Origin: a virus
Lineage: Duplodnaviria > Caudoviricetes
Strand: one strand, 5' to 3'
IMG/VR virus record: IMGVR_UViG_3300024264_002160
Location: 1 to 58,963 of that record
Length of the DNA: 58,963 nt
Shown here: piece by piece, positions 49,790-58,245 of the stretch
Layout of the letters: every line of letters starts with the position of its first letter
How positions within the stretch are numbered: position 1 is the first letter of the stretch
Notes under the pieces: generated by a model
What the model saw: the letters and a program-made list of their open reading frames with translations, nothing else
Told to the model about the DNA's origin: nothing
The model's database searches: none
Translations under genes and position numbers: made by a program

Positions 49790-50914
49790 TTGGAACCCGT
49801 AGCAAGTTATTTTAAATGGAACCCAACTGGCGCATTTAGCGTTGACTGGTATATAGGTAAACGTTGTAACTTTAGTTGTAGTTACTGTGTGGATTATCTA
49901 CATGATTATACAAGTCCACACGTGCCATTGGAAAATATGAAACAGTTAGTAGATGTAATTTATGAAAAAGAAGGCTCGAATGTACTGTGGAGTTTAACCG
50001 GTGGTGAGCCAACAATTAATCCAAAGTTCTTGGATCTATGTGCGTATATACGCAGTAGAGGCAGACGTTATATCAGTGTTACAACAAATGGTTCACGCAC
50101 ACTACAGTATCACAAAGACATGTTTGATCTAGTAGATGGTATTACACAAAGTTTTCACTTTGAGTTTATGGAAGATCGTATAGATGAATATATAGAAAAG
50201 TTTATTGAATTAGAAAAATATAGATTAGAATTAAACAGCAAGTTAGCTAAAGGTGAACCTAAGAAAACACTTATACTTAGATTTATGGTCGAAACTGGAC
50301 AGTTAGATAACGTAGATCGTATGGATCGAGCATACAGAGCTGCTGGTATTACTAATATAGAACATAGATATATCAGACCGCCTGGTAAAGACAAAGGCAA
50401 AGGTATGCAACCAGAAGAGAAGTATAAATTTAAAGATAAAAAAGACCCTAACCAAATTACTGATAAAGCAAAAGTAGAAAAAATAGAATCTAAAGAAGCA
50501 AGTTATTATGGACATAACGAACAAGGTGCTATTAAAGAAATATATCGTAGTACAGCAGACCCTGACAAACGTAAATTAAAGTTTTGGTTTCAGGACAGCA
50601 ACGGCGAATACCACGAAGAAGATTATCACTACAATGAACTAAACTACGATAAAAAGAATAATTACGAAGGCTGGATATGCTGGGCAGGTATGAAACATTT
50701 AAAAGTTACACCCACTGGCGACATATACATTGGCAGTTGTCATGTTGGTGGTAAGCGTGGTAACGTATATGAAAAAGATAGTATTGATTTGCCAACTGAG
50801 CCTATACGTTGTAGCAAATGGCGTTGTACAGACAATACAGATTTAAAAGTACCCAAGATCAAAGATTGGGATCATTACCATTTAGTCAAGGACATGATAG
50901 AATGGAAACCATAG
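49790..50914 (+). CDS. Radical SAM enzyme with C-terminal Cys cluster (rSAM 19)
   Basis: W.IGKRCNFSCSYC, TGGEPT, TNGSR and C-terminal CWAG...SC...C....C. TTG start after AGGAG. Confidence 0.9.
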   Translation: MEPVASYFKWNPTGAFSVDWYIGKRCNFSCSYCVDYLHDYTSPHVPLENMKQLVDVIYEKEGSNVLWSLTGGEPTINPKFLDLCAYIRSRGRRYISVTTNGSRTLQYHKDMFDLVDGITQSFHFEFMEDRIDEYIEKFIELEKYRLELNSKLAKGEPKKTLILRFMVETGQLDNVDRMDRAYRAAGITNIEHRYIRPPGKDKGKGMQPEEKYKFKDKKDPNQITDKAKVEKIESKEASYYGHNEQGAIKEIYRSTADPDKRKLKFWFQDSNGEYHEEDYHYNELNYDKKNNYEGWICWAGMKHLKVTPTGDIYIGSCHVGGKRGNVYEKDSIDLPTEPIRCSKWRCTDNTDLKVPKIKDWDHYHLVKDMIEWKP

Positions 50915-52113
50915 CCAATCCACCCACACTGTGTAGTTTAATGAGCTACAATATTAGAGTGGATCATATACGTAGAAGAATAGCAAGATGTCCCAAGCAA
51001 GAAGGTGTTGAATTAAGTGCTGAATACTTGAGAACACACGGTGCTGACGTGTTTAATCATCAGCACTTTGCACTTGCACTAGAAGATATGAAATTGAATC
51101 AAACAGCTAATATATGTAGAATGTGTCATCCAAGCTACAGAGACAGTAAAAATGAATGGCAAACAACTGAATGGAGTGTGAATAATTTTAAAAATTTAAA
51201 AATAAACACAACACCGGCAGCCATATGTGATTATATTTTCAGTGATGTGTGCAACATGACCTGTATGTATTGTGACGCTCATCACAGTAATCTGTGGGCT
51301 AAATTAACAAATAACCCTCAGCCAATGAATCAAGAATGGGATAGCGCAGCAGAAGACTGTTTAGTTGATTACTTAAATCGTTATATTATAAATCAAGTGC
51401 CTCAATTTAGATTACAGATGCTAGGCGGTGAACCGTTATTGAATTGGAATAAACTAGAAAAGTTTTTGTTACGTATTACTACAGTGTTTGAACACACTGA
51501 TACTAGGCTGACCATTGCCGTTATCAGTAACTTAAATGTACTACAAAAGAATGTAGAAAATTTTGTTAAATTTAGTGAGCAACACAATATTCAAACAGAG
51601 ATACAAGGCAGTATAGACACTGTAGGAGATACAGCAGAAAACATTAGAACAGGTTTAAACTTTGATCTGTTTGTAAGCAACATGGATATATTTGCTAGTC
51701 GTAGTCAAATACAGTGCAGTATCAATGCTAGTGTTAATCTATTAAGTGTGAGTACAATGCCCCAACATTATCAATACTGGACTGATTATGCAGTGCGTCA
51801 TCAACGCACACTTGGCAAAGATTTTTTGTTTGGTAACAATACTGTTACTAATCCTAAGAGCATGAGTATTACAATATTACCTAAATCATACATAGATTAT
51901 ATAGAAAAGTCAAGAGAAATATTAAATAAAAGTTTTAGCGATAACTCATTTAAACAAATACTGAATCGAAGGTTTGATATATTAGCTAATAATATTGGTA
52001 TTGACAGAAATGAAAAAAATTTACAAAATGCTAAACAGTTTTATACACAGCAAGGACTACTCAAAGGTATCGATTACTTTGATGTATTTCCAGAATTAAA
52101 TAGTATATTATGA
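50902..52113 (+). CDS. Radical SAM enzyme with divergent N-terminal Cys domain (rSAM 20)
   Basis: CNMTCMYC, GGEP, N-terminal C...RC...CRMC. Likely ATG at 50902. Confidence 0.87.
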   Translation: METIANPPTLCSLMSYNIRVDHIRRRIARCPKQEGVELSAEYLRTHGADVFNHQHFALALEDMKLNQTANICRMCHPSYRDSKNEWQTTEWSVNNFKNLKINTTPAAICDYIFSDVCNMTCMYCDAHHSNLWAKLTNNPQPMNQEWDSAAEDCLVDYLNRYIINQVPQFRLQMLGGEPLLNWNKLEKFLLRITTVFEHTDTRLTIAVISNLNVLQKNVENFVKFSEQHNIQTEIQGSIDTVGDTAENIRTGLNFDLFVSNMDIFASRSQIQCSINASVNLLSVSTMPQHYQYWTDYAVRHQRTLGKDFLFGNNTVTNPKSMSITILPKSYIDYIEKSREILNKSFSDNSFKQILNRRFDILANNIGIDRNEKNLQNAKQFYTQQGLLKGIDYFDVFPELNSIL

Positions 52114-52658
52114 TTATAACAGGTAACCCACAAAAAGGTTTAGCACATAGTCTACATAAGATATATCCTGACGCAGTATATTGTAGTCGAGCTAGTGGAC
52201 ATGAACTTACTAGTAACAAAGGTATGGACGAATTTGCGCAGTTAGCCGCACAACATGATACTATTATTATTAATAGCGCACTATGGCGCTTTCATCAAAC
52301 TGTACTACTGGATTTAGTATACAAGGCGTGTAGAACCGCCAACAATGACGCACATATTGTATGTATAGGCAGTACCACAGACAGAACTAGCAAAGGCACG
52401 GCATGGCTATATAATGCTGAAAAGAAAGCACTCAGAGATTATTGTAATAGTTTAGCATTGGTGGGAGTGTGGCACAGTGGCCCTAGAGTAAGTTTAATTA
52501 GTTTTGGTACGCTGAGTAATAATCAAGAGAAACACCCTGACAGAGTATGTATGGATATAGATGAAGCAGCTTCATATATCAAGTGGTTGACAGAGCTTCC
52601 TAAGCATGTTACAATAAATGAAATAAGCATGGATCCTATGCAAAAGAGAGTAGTATGA
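52110..52658 (+). CDS. Minimal short-chain dehydrogenase/reductase-like protein (paralog of 48040)
   Basis: 'ITGN..KGLA', 'INSA', 'IGST', YxxxK (YNAEK) and 'P.HVTINE'. Confidence 0.68.
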   Translation: MIITGNPQKGLAHSLHKIYPDAVYCSRASGHELTSNKGMDEFAQLAAQHDTIIINSALWRFHQTVLLDLVYKACRTANNDAHIVCIGSTTDRTSKGTAWLYNAEKKALRDYCNSLALVGVWHSGPRVSLISFGTLSNNQEKHPDRVCMDIDEAASYIKWLTELPKHVTINEISMDPMQKRVV

Positions 52659-53767
52659 CAGAAGATTTAAAATGGAGCAATTATGACTTTACCAAAATAC
52701 CGTTTGACGACATTGTTAGTGTTGGTCAGCGTACTTTGTTGTACCGTGATCTATTCACTGTCAGCTGGCTGCTCGGAAGATTCTGTAACTACAAATGCTC
52801 CTACTGTTGGCCTTATGCCCGTAGTGACCGTAAAGACCATCGTCCTACCGAACTATGTGTCAAAACAATTGACGAAATAAAGAGGCAAGCACGTGAAAAC
52901 GGATTTAATAGCTTTCATTTTTCTCTTAGTGGTGGTGAGCCTACTTTTCATCCTGGGTACCTGGACATTCTACAACATCTGGCTGATGACATAGACAACA
53001 CAAACTATACTAGCGTTCACATGACATCAAACTGTAGTCGACCAATGAAATGGTTTGAGGACTATGTAGAACGAGTAAAACCTTTCCATAGAGCTAGTAT
53101 AACAGCTAGTTTACACACAGAACACTTAAATACACTTGACAAGCTACAGGAGTTTGCAAACAAACTCATATTATGTCAGGAGCATGATGTACAGGTCACC
53201 ATCAATATGGTTATGGTTCCGGAATGGTTCGAAAGGGATTGGGAAAATGCCTTGTTCTTCCACGAGCAAGGAATCAACGTCACACTCAAGCCACAAAGTG
53301 ACCCAACGGCGTCAAGAGTCGTGGAAGGTTATACGGACGAGATGTTACAGCGATTGTATAACGGAATGCCGCAAATGGCGTATACTGAAACAAAACGTAA
53401 ATGGGCAGCACGCCCAAGGCCTAGTTTCGAACTGCCGCCAGAAACACTAGGCGAAAACGACAAGAGCGTGCCTTGGCATATGCAAGTAGAGTTTCGGGAC
53501 AGTACTGGTAAGAAATGGTACATGGATCAAGCAGAACGCTTTAATGCTTTTAACTTTAATGAGTTTAAAGGCTGGAGTTGTAATGCTGGTTACAGTGGCA
53601 TTATTATACGTGAACCAGATGGCAGTGTCAAGCGTAGTTATAGTTGTGCTGATGTACCATTAGGTAATATTGAGACAGGATTTAAACTGTTTGATAAGCC
53701 TAGAGTTTGTATTAGCGATAATTGTGTAAGTAGTGCTGACAGTAAAATACCCAAGAGAAAAATATGA
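52655..53767 (+). CDS. Radical SAM enzyme with C-terminal Cys cluster (rSAM 21)
   Basis: WLLGRFCNYKCSYC, SGGEPT and C-terminal CNAG...SC...C....C. Confidence 0.9.
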   Translation: MTEDLKWSNYDFTKIPFDDIVSVGQRTLLYRDLFTVSWLLGRFCNYKCSYCWPYARSDRKDHRPTELCVKTIDEIKRQARENGFNSFHFSLSGGEPTFHPGYLDILQHLADDIDNTNYTSVHMTSNCSRPMKWFEDYVERVKPFHRASITASLHTEHLNTLDKLQEFANKLILCQEHDVQVTINMVMVPEWFERDWENALFFHEQGINVTLKPQSDPTASRVVEGYTDEMLQRLYNGMPQMAYTETKRKWAARPRPSFELPPETLGENDKSVPWHMQVEFRDSTGKKWYMDQAERFNAFNFNEFKGWSCNAGYSGIIIREPDGSVKRSYSCADVPLGNIETGFKLFDKPRVCISDNCVSSADSKIPKRKI

Positions 53768-54582
53768 AAACATTTGCTATACTCAGTTATAATCGTACTG
53801 GCAGTACAGTTGTTGGTCAATGTTTAGCACAAGCACATCACAAAGAATATATAGGTGAAATAACTAATATACCACTAGTGTTGATGCGGTATGATGAAAA
53901 CGGCAAAGATGTAAACGTACCATACGATCCACCATTACCTGTGGGAACATATGTAAAAACATATGATCAAATTGATGGAGCAGTACAGCGTAGTTTTTTA
54001 TACGACAATCCCAAGCCGTTTGATATAGGCAGTGAAAGATACTACAACGAAGTAATCAAAAGAAAACAACTATTACAACAAAATGTACACAACCAAGACA
54101 AGAGTTTCTTTAAAATACAAACACAAACATTTGCACAAAACTTTCAAGATCCTAAACTATTAAACGGATATAGTTTTGTATTTTGCGCAAGAAGAGACAT
54201 CAGAGAACAAATAATAAGTTACCTAATAGCTAAACACACTAAAATAATGCACATTGGCTATCAGGATCAAACTGTAGATGTACCTACATTTGATATTCAA
54301 CGTCAGCATTTTGATTTTTGTGTACAAGGACTACAAGAAACAAATCGGTTGTTTGAATACTTTAAACAGCGTAAACAGATAGATACTGTTATACATTACG
54401 AAGACTGGCAAGATGATGTAGATAAAATATTGCCGTTATTAGGTTACCCTACACAGAGTGTTGAAACATTTAAAAAGATAAAATACACACTAGGACACAA
54501 AAGTAATCTTGTAAATAACTTAGAACAGGTGATGGACTGGATGCAAGATCCAGATATATTCGAATACGAATATACACTTTAG
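53764..54582 (+). CDS. Putative PAPS-dependent sulfotransferase (Stf0-like)
   Basis: 5'-PSB-like 'SYNRTGST', 3'-PB-like 'RRD...Q.IS' and 'IHYED'. Confidence 0.62.
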   Translation: MKTFAILSYNRTGSTVVGQCLAQAHHKEYIGEITNIPLVLMRYDENGKDVNVPYDPPLPVGTYVKTYDQIDGAVQRSFLYDNPKPFDIGSERYYNEVIKRKQLLQQNVHNQDKSFFKIQTQTFAQNFQDPKLLNGYSFVFCARRDIREQIISYLIAKHTKIMHIGYQDQTVDVPTFDIQRQHFDFCVQGLQETNRLFEYFKQRKQIDTVIHYEDWQDDVDKILPLLGYPTQSVETFKKIKYTLGHKSNLVNNLEQVMDWMQDPDIFEYEYTL

Positions 54583-54591
54583 GAAGAAATT

Positions 54592-55311
54592 ATGAATAAG
54601 ATAGCAACACTACTAGATAATAGAAAAAATACTAGATGCTTTAGCAATAAGCCTGTAAGCACAGAAATAATAAATGATTTACTAGCGGTTATTAATCGTA
54701 TACCAGCTAAAGAACAGCAAATGCCAACAGAAGTTTTTGTGCTAGGAAACAACGCACAAGATATGAAACAAGAGCTATATGTTAACACAGAGTGCGAAGT
54801 AGATGTATTTAATCCACAGTTATTAGCACCAGTTGTATTTTGTTTTTGTCCTAAAGCAAATGTAGTAGACGCAAATGGTGTAACAGATCCTAGTGTGCCA
54901 CCAGCGGCATTAAATGAACTACACAGATACTATGCAGGTATGGCTAGTATGGCAGTTGGGTTAGCTGCTTTGGATGCTGGCTTGAACATCGGTTTCTGTC
55001 AAAGTCAAGGGTTAGACGGATGGACAGGCACACAAGATGAGAGCAGAGGCGGAGCATTAACCGTTAACGGTGAGCTTAGAAAAGTATCATTGAGTTTAGG
55101 TGTGGGATATCCTGCTACTGAAACAGACCATATGAGCAGAGCTAGAGTTACACTAGAACAATCAGACAATATGAGTGCTGAAAGTTTGGTAAGACGTGGA
55201 ATAGAAGAAACTCGACCTAGACCAGGATTAGATAGCTATGTAATTATATTTGGACAGGATGATGTATCATTGCCAGACACGTGGCTTAATCTTCCACTGG
55301 CAGGTGCGTGA
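54592..55311 (+). CDS. Nitroreductase-fold flavoprotein
   Basis: 'R.NTR.FS.KPV..E.I..LL......P', 'APVV', 'A...GL..GFC' and 'LGVGYP'. Confidence 0.7.
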   Translation: MNKIATLLDNRKNTRCFSNKPVSTEIINDLLAVINRIPAKEQQMPTEVFVLGNNAQDMKQELYVNTECEVDVFNPQLLAPVVFCFCPKANVVDANGVTDPSVPPAALNELHRYYAGMASMAVGLAALDAGLNIGFCQSQGLDGWTGTQDESRGGALTVNGELRKVSLSLGVGYPATETDHMSRARVTLEQSDNMSAESLVRRGIEETRPRPGLDSYVIIFGQDDVSLPDTWLNLPLAGA

Positions 55312-55832
55312 TGTCAGAATTAATTAGCGCAATAGACTACAGTGTAGATTTTAAACAACTAGCAAAAGACACCAAGTTGGTATTAGACAAGTACCCATTT
55401 AATAATCATAATCAAATATGTTTTCAGAATACAGTAGGTGTTGAAGCTGATCCGTATCAAGGCACAGGTGATAGTAGACTAGATCATTGTCCTATGTATG
55501 GGCTAGAAGAATCTGATTTTACTGAGTTTAATCCTGAGTTTAACGGAACAGTGTTTGAAGAAATATTTAAAACATTCCCTCACAACATGGGAAGAATGAG
55601 ATTAATGAAAGTACCTGCTAAGAAATGTTATTGGATGCATAACGATCCAGGTATGGTAAGATATCACTTTGCGGTAGATACAAATGAAAATTGTTTTATA
55701 CTGTATAGAGATCACAAGCATTTCCATATACCCGGTGATGGTGTATGTTATGAGATGAATACAGATGAATATCATACTGCTGTAAATGCTAGTAGAGAAG
55801 ATAGAGTACACTTAGTTATTAGCGGCATTTAA
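55311..55832 (+). CDS. Aspartyl/asparaginyl beta-hydroxylase-like Fe(II)/2OG oxygenase
   Basis: 'R.RLM......Y..HND....RYH.A..TN' and 'HTAVN.S...RVHLV'. Start at GTG 55308 or ATG 55311. Confidence 0.72.
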   Translation: MSELISAIDYSVDFKQLAKDTKLVLDKYPFNNHNQICFQNTVGVEADPYQGTGDSRLDHCPMYGLEESDFTEFNPEFNGTVFEEIFKTFPHNMGRMRLMKVPAKKCYWMHNDPGMVRYHFAVDTNENCFILYRDHKHFHIPGDGVCYEMNTDEYHTAVNASREDRVHLVISGI

Positions 55833-56537
55833 ATGTTTGATAAAATAACAACACATCACGATCATATTCATTTTACTCCAGATAGATTTTCAAAGGAATT
55901 ACCGTTGCTTATAATGAGTCACGGCTCTGGAGGTATAAGTGATATAGATATAGATTTCGCAAACATGGCATGTGCTAACGGATACCAAGTTGTTATAGTT
56001 GATCATTTTACAAAACGTGATGTTAAAAGCCAAATATGGCATGATGTAAATGATGTCTATCCTACTTTTGATGACAGAGCTACTGACATTTATGCTGTAA
56101 GTAAAAAGTATAATGCCACCAAAAAAATATTGTTTGGTATTAGTGCTGGTGGAACATCATGTTTAATATGCAGCGCAGACTTTGATAAAACCTTTGTAGC
56201 GTACCCTGCGCTTGTAGGAATAACAACACCAATGTTAACTGCACGCCATGTAACTATTGTAACAGGCAAAGATGATAATTGGACACCAGTTGCTCAAGCA
56301 CATAGATATGCGCAACATGTAGATGTAGAATTACATGTAGTTGATGGGTTTCATGGATTCTTAAATCCACGTGAAGATAGATTTTTAGAAAATGTTGTAA
56401 GCCTCAGAGATATTGAATTGCCTGTACCGTTTGAAGGAACGTTAGATAAATTAAATTATCAAAAAGGAGTAACTGTAAAGTACAACGAACAAAGTAGGTT
56501 ACTCACTGAAAACTTATTCACTGAGTGGCTATCCTAA
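55833..56537 (+). CDS. Alpha/beta hydrolase (dienelactone hydrolase-like)
   Basis: 'HGSGG', nucleophile elbow 'GISAGG', 'YP', 'GKDD.WT' and 'HGF'. Confidence 0.75.
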   Translation: MFDKITTHHDHIHFTPDRFSKELPLLIMSHGSGGISDIDIDFANMACANGYQVVIVDHFTKRDVKSQIWHDVNDVYPTFDDRATDIYAVSKKYNATKKILFGISAGGTSCLICSADFDKTFVAYPALVGITTPMLTARHVTIVTGKDDNWTPVAQAHRYAQHVDVELHVVDGFHGFLNPREDRFLENVVSLRDIELPVPFEGTLDKLNYQKGVTVKYNEQSRLLTENLFTEWLS

Positions 56538-57185
56538 ACGCTGTAAACGTGTTTTTTGTGTGCTAGCATACACTTGATTATACTCCGCAATACTGATATT
56601 AGGCAACTCAAACCCTCTGTCAATAACGCTTTTAAGCGGTGTGTAGCACACATTTTGCCAGCAGTTAGAGTCTTTGTTTACTCCTATAAACTTGCCAGTA
56701 TCGTTGTGTTGTCTACATGTATTACACATGTTATCGTGTAGTATCCAGTTTCTGTCTTTACTGATATAGTTGACCAAATCCTGCATACTTCGCCTACGCA
56801 TTAGTAACTCAATACTAATGAAAGCATAATCATAACCCAGTTGAATTGCTTTATCTACTTCGTATGGAATAAACCAATCTTCACTCCAACGTACATTACG
56901 CTTACTGCCTCGGTTTCTGTAGTCAGGATGATAATATGTTCTAGTGCTACAGCGCACAGTATTATTGGGATAATGTCCGTTGTTCCACAAGCCACTAAAC
57001 GCAACAATGTTGTTGTCGTCATAAATGATTTCAAAACTATCAAACTTGTCAACAAACTGATCTAAGTTATAATAGTTCTTTGCATTACGATGATTGTCGT
57101 TTTGCTCTATCCATGCACATACATTTTTTAAATTTTCCTTGTGCTTTGGATAGTCTGGGCTTTCAAGAATGTTTATTATTTTCAT
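56529..57185 (-). CDS. Possible GNAT-fold acyltransferase
   Basis: 'IVAFSG....R..TR.Y.HPDYR..G' motif-A-like segment and 'A...GY..AFIS'. Likely ATG at 57185 (ORF track gives 57227). Confidence 0.45.
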   Translation of the reverse strand: MKIINILESPDYPKHKENLKNVCAWIEQNDNHRNAKNYYNLDQFVDKFDSFEIIYDDNNIVAFSGLWNNGHYPNNTVRCSTRTYYHPDYRNRGSKRNVRWSEDWFIPYEVDKAIQLGYDYAFISIELLMRRRSMQDLVNYISKDRNWILHDNMCNTCRQHNDTGKFIGVNKDSNCWQNVCYTPLKSVIDRGFELPNISIAEYNQVYASTQKTRLQRLG

Positions 57186-57225
57186 AATCGATGTCCGATA
57201 AAAGTTACGTTTATTATTTTCATTC

Positions 57226-57248
57226 AATAAGTACTAATATTACTTATA
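57226..57248. promoter_or_regulatory. Late-promoter variants (ATAAGTA) serving divergent genes
   Basis: AATAAGTA on plus (57226-57233) and TATAAGTA on minus (57241-57248), at a strand switch. Confidence 0.45.
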
Positions 57249-57258
57249 AGGATAACAG

Positions 57259-58245
57259 TTGTTAGATATTAGAAAAATTAAAATGTTTCCAGATGATGTG
57301 TTTGTTTTAGATCATGTTACGGCACTACAGGGTCATAAAATAAATTGGGGGCATGATATTGGTAAAATCGAATCGATACTACAACAAAATCTAGATGCAG
57401 CAATAGCATCAAACCAATATAAACACTATGCATTTAATACAAGCCTAGACGGCTGGGTAAAACTGTTTGATAATTTTGTCCAAACAAACCCTAATCTACT
57501 TTGCTTTACAGGTTGCTTAGATGTAGATAATCCAAGATGGATCTGGTGGCCGCATTGGCAAATTGTAACTGACACCGATACACCTCCTATAACAAATCCT
57601 AGTTTACCTAATCTTAGATGGCAATTTTGGGTAAGACGACCTAGACCACATAGAATAGAACTGATTAAACACATTGCTAGATTGCAACCCGAGCAAGGAG
57701 ATATTATATTTCCAACACATTTAATAGAACCTACAGGTAGAACTTATCCCACTACTCGAGAACTATTCCAAGATGACGACCTGTACAATAGTATACATTC
57801 GCAATTTAATCCAGCAGTAGATATACCACAAGGTGAAAACGGCGCATATCACGGCAGTTATCAACTACGTTCACAAAGAGCTATAGATGTTGTAACTGAA
57901 ACTATGACTAATTCACAAAATGGTATATTTTTTAGTGAAAAAACACACAAAGCCATAAGAAGCGGACAATTATTTTTGATACTAGGACAACAACACTGTA
58001 TACGCAGTCTCAGGGATTATGGTTATAAAACTTTTGATAATGTAATTGATCATTCATATGATTTAGAGTCCGATATGCCTACAAGAGCTAAAATGATTGC
58101 AGATGAATTAGATAGGCTTAGTAGTTTAAGTCAGTCTGATTTTCATGACTTGTGGACTAGTACATACAATGATAGATTATATAATCAACAGTATAAGAAA
58201 TATAATTTAGCCTACTGGAAAAAATATCTACATAGTTTCTTTTAA
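57259..58245 (+). CDS. Putative GT-B-like glycosyltransferase (paralog of 26563)
   Basis: 'RRPRPHR..L' and 'VVTET......FFSEKT.K.I...Q.F...G......LR..GYKTF...IDHSYD'. Confidence 0.5.
   Translation: MLDIRKIKMFPDDVFVLDHVTALQGHKINWGHDIGKIESILQQNLDAAIASNQYKHYAFNTSLDGWVKLFDNFVQTNPNLLCFTGCLDVDNPRWIWWPHWQIVTDTDTPPITNPSLPNLRWQFWVRRPRPHRIELIKHIARLQPEQGDIIFPTHLIEPTGRTYPTTRELFQDDDLYNSIHSQFNPAVDIPQGENGAYHGSYQLRSQRAIDVVTETMTNSQNGIFFSEKTHKAIRSGQLFLILGQQHCIRSLRDYGYKTFDNVIDHSYDLESDMPTRAKMIADELDRLSSLSQSDFHDLWTSTYNDRLYNQQYKKYNLAYWKKYLHSFF

Noticed and set aside
53136-53450. 104-aa overlapping +strand ORF within rSAM 21 as a real overprinted gene
   Set aside because: It is adequately explained by the locally higher GC reducing stop frequency. 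It has no RBS or recognisable motif.
15193-53767. Assigning moaA, pqqE, queE, nrdG or anSME gene names to the rSAMs
   Set aside because: No cognate pathway partners (moaC, pqqA-D, queD, nrdD, sulfatase) are present and the domain orders differ. Specific names are unsupported.
814-57674. Numerous 60-150 aa alternative-frame and antisense ORFs in the ORF track
   Set aside because: They lie wholly within longer motif-bearing genes, lack RBSs and motifs, and show the composition typical of shadow ORFs.
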